Of a DNA stretch of 64,000 bases, positions 33,447 to 46,810 are shown in pieces (the first letter of the stretch is position 1; every line of letters starts with the position of its first letter). The notes below the pieces were generated by a model. The model did not search any database. It was not told the origin of the DNA and worked only from the letters and a program-made list of their open reading frames with translations. The position numbers and the translations under genes are program-made. Source of the stretch: Mobula birostris (Eukaryota); assembly GCF_030028105.1 (NCBI RefSeq), contig NC_092398.1, positions 24,939,649 through 25,003,648 of the forward strand. Reading direction: 5' to 3'.

Positions 33447-36400
33447 TTCATCATCAGTCCGATGAGCCCTGAGCCCAGACTCTCGTTTTGTGGCCACTGT
33501 CCACGGCTCTCTGGGTAACCGAGACATTTCCTCCAGCCAAGATAGCGCCGAGCTTCAGTCTCTATCGAGGTTGTGGCTCAGACTGAAACTGATATCGTAG
33601 GTTCGTATCAATGTTTTTGGTGACAGAGGGAGGTTTCACTGGTCAGGTTAGGATTTAGCGACAGGAATGTGGGGCAATTAGAGATCAGGCCAGGTCTAGG
33701 GCTTTACTCCACGAGCGAAGGCCACAGATGACGTGAATGAAGGACTTTCATGGATGAGTGTCCAGTTGGCGAACATGTTGGACAAAGACTAGCTGGTTAT
33801 CCTCCACACCCTGGGTCAGTCAGTTCGCTATATAAGCAGTGTGATTGGACGTCGAGGAGGGCTGGTGGCCCCTTAGCTACTCTAGTTGGTGTGTCTGGAG
33901 TAGGGCTCTAATGCCATCGATGAGGCCGGAGTACGAGGACTGAAGTACAGGGTCCCATCATCATTGTGCCGTGCGGTCATGGACTGAAGGTCGATCGCGA
34001 GTCTGGAAATTGAGACCCGATGGCCTCCGACGCTGGGTCACCAACAGCCCCAGCCAGCCGGCCTTTCCTGGGTTTGGAGGACGGTCTGTGTGTGCGGGCG
34101 TGCGTGGCGGGTCAGCGGGTGAGAGGGAGGTACAAGGTTTCCTTTGCTGTTGTTCTGCTGAATGTGGTGGGCAAGCTACGTCGGCGTCAGAATGTGTGAC
34201 AAGACTGGCGGGCTGCACCCAACACAGCCTACTGGTTGTTTCGATACACACACACAATATATCAATCAGTCCGAATCTGGGGCCGTGGGACCCACTTCTG
34301 GAGCGAGCTGAGATTAAGATCTCAGAAGCCGCTCTTGGAGTCTTCGGGAACTGCTGCGCTGTGGGAGACGGTAGCGATGATGTGAAGGCGCAGCGAGGGA
34401 AGGGCACTGCCGGGGCGGGTGGGGAATGGTACCGAGGGATTGCGGCACTGCGAGAAGAGCGGGGAAATATGGCACTGCTGAGCTTTGTCAGGAACGCCAC
34501 TCTGATGCAGTCTTCTAGAGTAGACGCTGCAGGTTCACATCAGCAAGTCAGGAAACAGTTGTATAAAACTTTGGAATGGGTGCACTTGGTTTAACTGTGT
34601 GCAGTTCTGACCATTCCATTACAGGAAAGATGCGGAGGAGTGGAGTTTACAGAGAAAATAGAACACATCACAGCACAGAAAAGGTCGTGCGGCCCACAAT
34701 GTAATTTGGAAGGTTCGGGGGTGGAATCTCATTGAAACCTTTCAAATGTTGAAAGGCCTAGACAGAGTATATGTGGGAAGGATGTGTCCCATGGTAGGGG
34801 AAGTCTAGGACAAGAGGGCACAGCCTCAGGATAGAGGGGCATCCATTTAAAACAGAGATGTGCAGAAATTTCTTTAGCCAGAGTCTGGAGAATTTGTCGA
34901 ATCTGTCAGCTGTGGAGGCCAGGTCGTTGGGTGGATTTAAGGAAGAGCTTGATAGGTTCTTTACTGGACACAGCATCAAAGGTTACGGGGAGTGGGGCTG
35001 TCGCGGGGGCGGGGGGGTGGATCAGCCATGATTGAGTGGCAGAGCAGATTTGATGAGCCAAATAACATAATTCTTCCCCCATGTGTTAGGATGTTATGTT
35101 ATGTCCAGCTATTTACCTACTCTAAGATTAATCCAACCCTTCCGTCCTACATAGCCCTCCATTGTTCTATCATCCATTTGCCTGTCCAAGAGTTTCTTAA
35201 ATGTCCCCAAAGTATGTGTGTCCACTACCACCCCGCTGATGCGTCCCGCGCACCCACCACTCTCTGTGTGAAAAACCTACCTCTGACATACCCTCTATAC
35301 TTTCCTCTAATCTCCTTAAAATTATACCCCATCATATTAGGCATTTCCGCCCTGAGATAAAGCCTCTGGCTGTCCACTCGATCGATGCATATTATCGTCT
35401 TGCGCACCTCTATCAGGTCACCTTTATCAGGTCCTTTGCTGCGGAGAGAAAAGCCCCAGCTTTCTGAACCTGTCTTCATGCGACATGCTCTCTAATCCAG
35501 GCAGCATTCTGGTAAATCTTCTCTGCACCCTCTCTAAATGAAGTGGTCTGAACTAAACACAATGCTTCAAGTGTGATCTAACTGGAGTTCTGTGGATATG
35601 AAACATTATCTGATGGATCTGAAACGTAATCCTCCGACTGATGACGGCCAATACTCCTTATGCTTTCTTCACCGTTCTCTCGCCTTGCTACCGACTTTGA
35701 GGCATCTATGGGCTCCGTCTCTGTTCCTCCGCACTGCTAAAAGTTCTGACATAAACTCTGCCTTCAAGTTCAACCTTACAAAGTGAGTTATTTCACACTT
35801 TTCTGCGTAACACTCTGAGGTGTCAGAGTTCAGTGAATCAGCGATGACAGACGCTTTGGAGAGGGTGCAGAAAATGGGGCAAGTACGACTCAAGGGTTGA
35901 AACGGCTTCTAGATGGGCACGGGATAGAGGTACAGGAGCAGTATGACTTGGTCTGGCAGCATGGGCACGGACCTCATCTCTCTGGCTGTGAAACTGCAGA
36001 GGACCCTGTCACCACCGGGGTCTCATCACAAAGACAACAGCCGTTTACAGTTTAATGTTTACCGTTTACCTCTGTTGAGCGCTACACCGACATTGAATTA
36101 TACTTATAAACTTAACTGTGGCAATATTTTGTGTCATGCGCTGTGTATCATGTATATTTTGTATGTTTCCCTGGTCCCGGGGAGCAATGCTTCGTTTGAT
36201 CGTATATATGTACCGCCAGATGATAACAAATGTGAACTTGAGAAGGCGAAAGGATAAGTGACGTGTAGAAGTTAAATATATCATGCACTGCGTGATTGTT
36301 GACTGGAAATCGTTGTCATACAGACTCATAGATGGTGATTTAAAGGAACATCTGAAAATATATGGACGGACACAAACGCAAGCGAAGGCTGGGGTGACAA

Positions 36401-37569
36401 GTGTATTTACCTATGACAGGATTGTGTTGAAAACTTGGCAGATGAAGGTTAATCCCGAATCAGTGGCCTGCTACACACTGTGCGTGGGGTGAGGTTAAAT
36501 GCAATCATAAAGTATTTATTGAATGGACTGGATGCTTGGAAGTGTTAATGAACAGTCGGAACTTTGGCTGGACCTCCATGTCTTTCTGAATGTAACATAG
36601 CACGGAGAGATGTTGGTAAAGAAGGAGTAAGCATCCTTCTCTTAAATGGCCGTATTTTTAGTGATGTTCAATAAGTCTTGCAGCACTGCGTGAATGATTG
36701 AACGTCGATATCTCAGACTTCCAGTTCATTTTCCCCCTCTATTTTCCATTACTTTAATTCTCCACTCTGCCCCCACTTACTTCCTCTCTCTTCTCCCGGC
36801 TCATTTCCTCCGCATACTGCCCCGTTCCTCTCTCCTGTGATCCACTCGCTTTTCCGATCTGATCCCTTCTTCTGCTATTTGTCTTCCACTTATCACCACC
36901 TAACATTGCTTCACACCCCTCTGGTATTCACTACTTTAACTGCCACTTTCTAGTCTGTACACATTCTCCTCCGTCCACCTCATTACTCTGATTTCTTTCC
37001 TCTTCCTTTCCAGTTTCGATGAAGGGTTCCGGAAAACTCGACTGTTTATTCATTTATATAGATTCTGCCTGAGCTAATGACCCCCCACGATTTTGTATGC
37101 GCTGCTGAGGATGCTTAGCATCTGCAAAATCTCTTCGCTGCAGACATACGCACATTTGGACCGTCGTTCATTTGGTCTTCTAAGCATCACTTAGACAGAT
37201 TATTGATTAAGCAGAGATTAACCATGGAGACGCACATGAGGAGTTTAAATTAGGGTTATTGTTGGCACCCCAATCATGTGCCGAACGGTCTATTCCTGTG
37301 CTGGACTCATCTGTATTCATCATTTTCACCCACGTATTTATAAAATTGAGTTAAGTGCGGATTCTTTGATACGATTACTGGGCCAGACAGCCCTGTTTCC
37401 CATACTTCTTGAGAGACAAACAGAATGATAGAATGCGGCATACAACTGCTGATATTTATTCCGCGACATAGAAGCTAGTCGTTTTTAAAGGAGCGGAAAG
37501 TTGAGGGAGGAAGTTACATTTTAAGACTATATTATTTTTTTTATTTATCGATACAGCAGGGTTGCAGGG

Positions 37570-37732
37570 GTTCCCACCAGAACCTTCACGTCTTTGGAAT
37601 GTGTATGCAACAGAGGCATCTGGAGTAAACCTCCGCCGTCGCCGATAGATCGTACAAAATTCATAGAGACGGCTGTGGGGACTGAAAGCGCGCCTCAGGC
37701 GCTGTGAAGCATTGTGCCAACCACTACGCTAC
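37570..37732 (-). mobile_element. V-SINE, unit B copy (entirely in the GPCR 3' UTR here)
   Basis: Homologous to 10530-10692. Confidence 0.7.
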
Positions 37733-37766
37733 GTTTAATTGGTGGACTTAGTTTCCGATTAGCTTG

Positions 37767-38665
37767 TCACACCAGGCGAGAGAATGGAGATTTCAACACC
37801 TCCCGCATCTGCTCCCTGAACTTCTTCTGGGTCAAGGCGTAAAGAGCCGTGTTTGTGCAGCAGCTCAGAAGCTGCAGCATGTAGCCCAGCTCCCTCATGG
37901 TCGAAGGTGGGAACAAGGCATACCTCAGATATGATAAACGAAAAAAATATGATCGTATCCACACAGTATGCACAACAAAAACCACCCACAACACGATGAA
38001 ATTCGCCGACACGACCAACAGTAAAATGAGCGACTTCCTCCGGCTTTGCATCTCCGGGTCTTTGGAGCCATCCCCATTGCTGTTATTCCGGAGTCTCCTC
38101 CGAGATCTGCTCGCCACTACCACGTGTCTGATGGTCAAAGCATTGAGCAGCAGAACGACCACAAACGGGATCACAGGCGTCAGAAAGAAGCTGCAAGACT
38201 CGACTACTGTCCATGCAACTGAGAACAGAACACCGTCTCTTCCGTGGCAAAACCAAGGGACGTTATTAAACTGGTAGCGTCCTGAGAGCAAAAAATACCA
38301 GAAAATGTTCTTTAAACAGCTCAGGGCGGCCACAGTCCACAGAACAACAGCCGCGGTTCTCTCGGTGCAGTATTTAGCTTTCAGATTCTGGTAGCGAATA
38401 GCCACGAATCGGTCGAAGGTGAACATGACGGTGAACCAGACGGAGCAGTCGTTGGCTGTGTAACGTAGGACGGCGTGGATATTACACACGGGGATGTTCA
38501 TCAGGAATATAAACGCTCCCCAAAAAACAATAGGAATCTGCCTCAATACCAGGTCAAAGACAACAACGAGAAGATCCGCCATTGCCATGGCCATCAAGTA
38601 ACGAGCGACGCTTTTCGAAAGACCGCACTTTCCCTGGGACAGGACCACAATCGTCAGCACGTTCA
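37767..38665 (-). CDS. GPR139-like GPCR copy B exon 2 (joined with 39576-39756 gives 359 aa)
   Basis: Same acceptor and motifs as copy A, about 3% nucleotide divergence. Ends SPFSRLV-TGA just after putative helix 8. Confidence 0.92.
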
Positions 38666-39575
38666 CTATTGGGATTGAAAGAAACACAAGCATGTTTGTG
38701 GGCAAGGAATAATGTCAGCACAGTCACAGACAGAAAGTATAGAAACATGTTTTTGAACCCAGAATGGAAGACTGCAGTTTTCCAGCATCAGCGATGTCTG
38801 CAGGTGACGAGGATTATAGCTCAGTGAAATCGACAAAGAACTGGAAAATAACGTCACAACGCCAAACAACGAACAGCTGAGAAAATGTGCTCTCGGATTT
38901 CGGTGAAGATGGATTTGAAATAGGGCTCGAAATTGGTCATTGAATTGGAATTGCTTTACTATTACGGAAGTGGCATCACAAGGGTACAGGGAAACACGCG
39001 TCTCCACAATATGCATACAGATCAATTCTTTACTCAGTGCTTTGAGGCGTGACGTAATATCAGCTCAGGCTCTCCGGCTTCTTCTGCCGGTCTTTTAAAT
39101 TTATACAATATTTCGGAAGCCATCCATTTTAAACTGCAATCCAAATTGGGAGTTCGGTATCTAAAGCTGCAAGGGAGGCTTACTCAGTTGAAAATTTTAA
39201 ACGCCAGCTCAGAAGATCTTTATTTAACCTTGATTTTAAAAGGAATTATTTTGTCTGCTCTTTTCATGTTATTTCTGTTTGTATTATAAAAGCACATTAA
39301 AACTTCGCCTATTTGGAAAGTGCTCTAATTATTATTATTATTATTTTTATTGTTGCTGTTTTTGTTGTTGTGATTGTTGTTGTTTAAAGAAAAAAAAACA
39401 GGGAGATTAATGTTATTGACCGAGTCTGTCAATGTATTACAGGATCATCATCAAAAGTTCAGTTAGTGAGGACGATGGACTGCGTTAACCGGAAAATATC
39501 ATTAAATTGCAAACTATCAAATCTGTTTACAGGAACCCGTGATCACTGCTTCTCCTTCTCTGGTCAGCAACTTAC

Positions 39576-39756
39576 CGGGAAATGCAACCAAAGCGAGAAG
39601 GGGATAGTAGATGGGCTGAATTGTCCGGAGTAAATACCAGATCCGTCTGTCTGCTTGTGTCCAAGGGTCATTCGAAAAAATATAGGGAGCCAGGCTGAAG
39701 ACACCCTTCTCTGTCCCTGGAACATTCCATGTTCCTATTTCTCGTTCCTGAACCAT
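39576..39756 (-). CDS. GPR139-like GPCR copy B exon 1
   Basis: ATG at 39756, IYYPLLALVAFP G|gtaag. 181+899 = 1080 bp in frame. Confidence 0.88.
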
Positions 39757-42668
39757 TGCCCGTCACCGTTCCCAGATTCCAGTCGGTGACCGGCGATTCT
39801 CACGCTGCACATGTGACCGTTCACGTAAAATTCCACTTTGATATTCGCAGTTCCCCAATTTTTGTCTTCCGCTGTCGAGCCACTGCGGTCCGTATGTGAC
39901 GGAGGGGTTGTTCTCGCTAACACTATGAAACTTAATCGAAAGGAGCAATTTTAAATAGAGCTGCTAATCCCCCAGTGAGACAACCAGGCTCCATACGGGC
40001 TGACGTTAATTAACAAACATCTACGGTTAACCCCTTTGGATCCGGATCGCGGGTGCCAAAGGTAAAACGAATTATTAAACAGGGTGGAGATGTCCAGGAT
40101 ATATGTCCACCGATCTCGGACATTGGTTCTGCATTATCTTGCAGGAGACAGAATAGCCTGCAAGCACGTACCATTTGGCTCAGTAACAGCTTCGATCACG
40201 ACATTATTAAAATATTCAACCCTTCCCCCTGACGATTAGATGGACTCTTGATATTGCAATCTGCCTCACTCTGACTTTGCAATTTGTTGTTCCCTTGCGC
40301 CGCACCTTCTCTGTAACTGCAGCACTTTATTCTGCATTCTGTCATTGTATTACCCGGAAATCAATGCACTGAGGCAATCATTCTTTTTTTTTTGAATGAG
40401 GAGTGTGCAAAACAAGGTTGTTTTCTTTTCCCAGCATCGACAAATACAATGAAGTCCCGTGTACCATCAGTGTCCCACCAGGCAAGATGCTGCGCAGTGT
40501 CCTCACCAGGACCAGCAGTATCTAAAACAGTTACTTTCTCCAGACAGTAAGGTTGATCGACACTTATACCGACCAACACATTCCACCAGCTCCCTCTACC
40601 ATACAGCACCACTACTTTATCATTTCCTATCAGTAAACATGTGAACAGCCCTTAGAGTCACGTTGTAGACATATCAATCTCTGAATATGAACTATATATG
40701 TATTTATATTCATTGTCCTTTTTATTACTGTGCTCTTTGCCCTATTGTGTTTTTTGGCGCTGCAATGGATCCGGAGTAACAACTGTTTCGTTCTCCTTTG
40801 CGCTTGTGTAATGGAAATAATACTGAACAATTCTGAATCTTGAATAATAAACCCATTTACTAATTGAACACTCTGCAGTGTGATGGACCAATCGGTTAGG
40901 GAGCGGCTTGCAGGTCTGATGAAAGGCTCAGAGGGGATCCTTTCTTTCGACGGGAGGAGGCTGATGGAAACCTTGCAACTTTGCTCCAGCTAATCTGACG
41001 TCACTGCGTCGGCGATGAAGGAGTGGATCATGTTGTATCGGATGAGTGACAATTCGGAAATTATGCGGTCGAAATTGCTTTATTTATGAAAGGGATTTGG
41101 ACCAAATCTGTATTAAAGTTCAACATATATTAAATCCCGTTTAAACGCCCATCCACTCGACTGAAACAATGACAACAAACACAGACTGTTGGAGGAGCTT
41201 GGCAGATCAGGCAGCCTATATGGAAGTGAATAAACAGTGGACGTTTCCGGTCGAGAACTTTCATCTGGACCGAAGATGAAGCAGGCACACGCCAGAAGAA
41301 ATGGTGAGGGAGGCGATAAGAAATACAGACCGGTATGAGATACTTGTAGCCAAGTGAGCGGGTAAATGGGTGGGTGGGGAAGAGGGATGAAGTAAAGACG
41401 TTGTAGTTGATATTTGGAAAAAATAAGAGCAAGAGAAGAAGGAATCTGATAAGAGAGGGGAATAGACCATGGGGGAAATTGAAGGAGGTGGTCACAAGGG
41501 GGAGGTGATCTGCTTGTGAGGGAATGAAGGAAGAGTGGTGTCAGAATGGATAATTGAAGAAAAGGGAAGGGGAGGGGAGAAAATTATCGGAAAACATTAA
41601 AAAATTGACATTTTTCTTTTTATGCACCTACCATATCAAAAATATTTCCACGATTAAACCGGTTAGTACATCTGATGTGCTGCGTTTGGATCACATCGCA
41701 GGAAAATATAAGCAAGCCTACCAATATTTCGTCATAACCTGCAACCCAACAGATTGCCCAGAGATTCTCCTCCGCAATGCTTTGCATCCTCCTGTACAAC
41801 GGTGACCAGAATTACCCACAGTACTCTACAAGCGGGCAACGTAATGTTATGCACATATCCTCATTATGATGCTATAATTTGTGGGTTCAATACCTCACCC
41901 TGGGTCCCTTTCACTTTCCAGTTTTACCCTTTATACTCACAGGTACGCCCTGTCCTTCGCCTGTTGATCACTATGTTAACACTCTCTCACTCGCCGTCTC
42001 TTCTTTCTGTTCGACTGCTGCTAGTTGTCGACGAAATGTCTGGATATTATCCCTGCTCTAGTTTATGGGCACAACGCTGTGAACCTTCATCGTTATTCGC
42101 GCCTGTGTTTCCTTTTCTTACAATTCTCCACCCTCTCTATCCTTACCCTCTCTCCTTGTCCCTGACTCTCACTCTCTCTCTCTCTCTAGCTGTGCTCCAG
42201 ACCCCCTTGCTGTGTTGGCATCCATTGTGCGCACACCAGACAGCAGTACAAATGGGGCTCTATGTTGAGGGATGTGTGCACACAGAACAAACAAGCGCAA
42301 AGCGGCGGTGCAGAGAGGACTCAAGTGCACTGGGGACAGTTTTCGGATGTGTCTGTACAGACCGGACCAGTTAACGATGAAATTTCTTTTGACACACCTG
42401 CCATTGGAAAACATACTTCCGTGATTAATCCCGTCTGTGCATTTCATCAACTGATGTATTTCCTTCGGGTCACCTTGCACGGAAGTTACGATCAACCTGT
42501 CCAATAGAGAGAGTCGTGGTGTAATAGAAAAGTACAGCACAGGAGAAGACCCTTCGGCCAATCTAGTCTGAGCCGAACCAATTAAACTTCTACTCCCCTC
42601 GACCTACACGCCTATCACAGCCCTCCCTAACCCAGGCATCCGTTTATCTATCAAAGCGTCTCTCAGAC

Positions 42669-43826
42669 CAGAGGTTCGCAACCATCGGGCCGCAGATCGG
42701 TACCGGGCCGCAAAGCATGTGCTACCGGGCCGCGAGGAAACCTTTCCTCATTCCTTGTCACGTACTTTTGAGCCATTACGCATGCGAGGTCATTAACCGC
42801 GCTTCATCCATCTCACCGCGGGAAGGAGATCAATTCCCCGAGCTTGCAAATGACGGCAGGCTGAAAAGTATGTTTGACATAACATCTCAGCCAGCATTCT
42901 AGATCAAAGTCAAGGCTAGATAACCTGAGATAGCCACGAAAGCACTGAAAACGCTGCTTCCATTTCCAAACTATCTCTGCGAAGCAGGCTTTTCTGCAAT
43001 GAATGCAACGAAAACTAAATTGCGGAATAGACTGGACATAAGTAACCCCCTTCGACTACCGCTGTCTCCCATCACCCCTCGATAGGACCGTCTCCTTGCA
43101 GGGAAACAAGCGCAGGGCTCCCAATGATTCACCGATATTGGCGTGTTGCAATGATTCTATATGTTCATACGGGGAAAATATGTGTTGTGTGTTTAATATC
43201 CAAACGTTACTTAGAATGTTATGATGCTATTGACTTATATAACCACATAACAATTACAGCACAGAAACAAACTACCTCTGCCCTTCTCGTCCGTGCCGAA
43301 CGCTTACCCTCACCTAGTCCCAACGTTCAGCACTCAGCCCACAACCTGTCCTTTCCTGTCCATATATCTATGCATTTTTTCTATAAATGATAATATCGAA
43401 CCTGCCTCTACCACTTCTACTGGAATCTCCTTCAACACTTACTTCAAGCTCCCCTGTCCTCCCCTGATAACTGATTTATCACTATATTCATGCGAGGAAA
43501 ATATGCGCTGTGTGTTTAATATTAAATTCGCCAGATAAACCCTTTTAGAAAGGAAATTGAGTGTATTAGGCACTTATTACCGATATTCCGGATGTGGTTC
43601 CCCCGCACCGCCGAACAGAATCGCCAAAAGCAATTTGTAGGGGAAAAAATCGTCACGTAAACGCATTCGCACTGGTGCCCGCACAAGGCTTCATTCTCAT
43701 TGAAGTCTTTTTTGGGTAAACACAACGTATTTGTCTGCTACTCTTGTCCGTTGCCAATCTTACTCCCCACCACCACTCCAGCCCCCCAGTCGGCCGGTCC
43801 GCAGTGCAAAAATTTGGGGACCCCTG
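42669..43826 (+). mobile_element. Non-autonomous hAT-Charlie element, unit B copy
   Basis: Offset 27034 from 15635-16792, with only a few substitutions. Confidence 0.85.
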
Positions 43827-44138
43827 ATCGTTTGCAGTGCTTTGCTGTTTGAAAGAAGATTCCAGGAAGTGAGTGCAAGCTCGAACGGCCTTAAAGTGAA
43901 ACAGTTTAGAGGTGGTGCGCCAGCCAATGATAGACTCCATTTCGCCGATTAAAGCATCGAGGAAGATTGAAATCAAGGCGAGTGCAGAAAGTGAGTGAGG
44001 GTTTAAAACTGACTGCTGTTTGATCGCAGGGACGGATCTCTCTGTTGTCAGATGAGTTGTGTAGTACCTTTCACTCACTGTTACCGGAGGGTAGGCCTCT
44101 GTGCTTCAGTGGTCTCTCTATCTCTATCTCTTGACGTT

Positions 44139-46810
44139 GGTCAGAGGACATAAGCCGGGTAGATGTGGAATCGATATGGGTAGGGCTGCGTAACACTAAG
44201 GGGCAGAAGACGGTGGTGGGAGTTGTGTACAGGCCACCTAACAGTAGTAGTGAGGTCGGGGATGGTATTAAACAGGAAATTAGAAATGTGTGCAATAAAG
44301 GAACAGCAGTTACAATGGGTGACTTCAATCTACATGTAGATTGGGTGAACCAAATTGGTAAAGGTGCTGAGGAAGAGGATTTCTTGGAATGTATGCGGGA
44401 TGGTTTTTTGAACCAACATGTCGAGGAACCAACTGGAGAGCAGGCTATTCTGGACTGGGTTCTGAGCAATGAGGAAGGGTTAATTAGCAATCTTGTCGTG
44501 AGAGGCCCTTTGGGTAAGAGTGACCATAATATGGTGGAATTCTTCATTAAGATGGAGAGTGACATAGTTAATTCAGAAACAAAGCTTCTGAATTTAAAGA
44601 GGGGTAACTTTGAAGGTATGAGACGTGAATTCGCTAAGATAGACTGGCAAATGACACTTAAAGGATTGACGGTGGATATGCAATGGCAAGCATTTAAAGG
44701 TTGCATGGATGAACTACAACAATTGTTCATCCCAGTTTGGCAAAAGAATAAATCAAGGAAGGTAGTGCACCCGTGGCTGACAAGAGAAATTAGGATAGTA
44801 TCAATTCCAAAGAAGAAGCATACAAATTAGCCAGAAAAAGTAGCTCACCTGAGGACTGGGAAAAATTCAGAGTTCAGCAGAGGAGGACAAAGGGCTTAAT
44901 TAGGAAGGGGAAAAAAGATTATGAGAGAAAACTGGCAGGGAACATAAAAACTGACTGTAAAAGCTTTTATAGATATGCAAAAAGGAAAAGACTGGTAAAG
45001 ACAAATGTAGGTCCCCTACAGACAGAAACAGGTGAAATGATTATGGGGAGCAAAGACATGGCAGACCAATTGAATAATTACTTTGGTTCTGTTTTCACTA
45101 AGGAGGACATAAATAATCTTCCAGAAATAGTAGGGGACAGAGGATCTAGTGAGATGGAGGAACTGAGCGAAATACATGTTAGTAGGGAAGTGGTGTGAGG
45201 CAAATTGAAGAGATTAAAGGCAGATAAATCCGCAGGGCCAGATGATCTGCATCCCAGAGTGCTTCAGGAATTAGCCCAAGAAATAGTGGATGCATTAGTG
45301 ATAATTTTTCAAAACTCTTCAGATTCTAGACTAGTTCTTGAGGATTGGAGGGTGGCTAATGTAACCTCACTTTTTAAAAAAGCAGGGAGAGAGAAACTGG
45401 GGAATTATAGACCGGTTAGCCTAACATCGGTGGTGGGGAAAATGCTAGAGTCAGTTACCAAAGATGAGATAACAGCACATTTGGAGAGTGGTGAAATCAT
45501 CGGACAAAGTTAGCATGGATTTGTGAAAGGAAAATCATGTCTGATGAATCTCATAGAATTTTTTGAGGATGTAACTACTAGAGTGGACAGGGGGAGAACC
45601 AGTGCATGTGGAATATTTGGATTTTCAAAAGGCTTTTGACAAGGTCCCACACAGGAGATTAGTGTGCAAACTTAAAGCACACGGTATTGGGGGTAAGGTA
45701 TTGACGTGGATGGAGAATTGGTTAGCAGACAGGAAGCAAAGAGTGGGAATAAACGGGACCTTTTCAGAATGGCAGGCGGTGACTAGTGGGTACCGCAAGG
45801 CTCAGTGCTCGGACCCCAGTTGTTTACAATATATATTAATGACTTGGATGAGGGAATTAAATGCAGCATCTCCAAGTTTGCGGATGACACGAAGCTGGGT
45901 GGCAGTGTTAGCTGTGAGGAGGATGCTAAGAGAATGCGGAGTGACTTGGATAGGTTGGGTGAGTGGGCAAATTCATGGCAGATGCAATTTAATGTGGATA
46001 AATGTGAAGTTATCCACTTTGGTGGCAAAAATAGGAAAACAGATTATTATCTGAATGGTGGCCGATTAGGAAAAGGGGAGGTGCAACGAGACCTGGGTGT
46101 CATTATACACCAGTCATTGAAAGTGGGCATGCAGGTACAGCAGGCGGTGAAAAAGGCGAATGGTATGCTGGCATTTATAGCGAGAGGATTCGAGTACAGT
46201 AGCATGGTGGTACTTCTGCAGTTGTACAAGGCCTTGGTGAGACCACACCTGGAGTCTTGTGTGCAGTTTTGGTCCCCTAATCTGAGGAAAGATAACCTTG
46301 CCATAGAGGGAGTACAAAGAAGGTTCACCAGATTGATTCTTGGGATGGCAGGACTTTCATATGAAGAAAGACTGGATGAACTGGGCTTGTACTCGTTGAA
46401 ATTTAGAAGATTGAGGAGGTATCTGATTGAAACGTATAAAATCCTAAAGGGATTGGACAGGCTAGATGCAGGAAGATTGTTCCCGATGTTGGGGAAGTCC
46501 AGAACAAGGGGTCACAGTTTGAGAATAAAGGGGAAGCCTTTTAGGACCGAGATTAGGAAAAACTTCTTCACACAGAGAGTGGTGAATCTGTGGAATTCTC
46601 TGCCACAGGAAACAGTTGAGGCCAGTTCATTGGCTATATTTAAGAGGGAGTGAGATATGGCCCTTGTGGCTACGGGGATCAGGGGGTATGGAGGGAAGGC
46701 TGGGGCGGGTTTCTGAGTTGGATGATCAGCCATGATCATAATAAATGGCGGTGCAGGCTCGAAGGGCCGAATGGCCTACTCCTGCATTAATTTACTATGT
46801 TTCTATGTTT
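44139..46810 (+). mobile_element. 5'-truncated CR1 LINE, unit B copy
   Basis: All ORF translations identical to the unit A copy, offset 27034. Confidence 0.96.

Noticed and set aside
33971-34594. 207-aa ORF open in B and C (60997-61620)
   Set aside because: Broken by stops and a frameshift in A, ends in CR1-derived sequence (QLYKTL), and has no recognisable motif.
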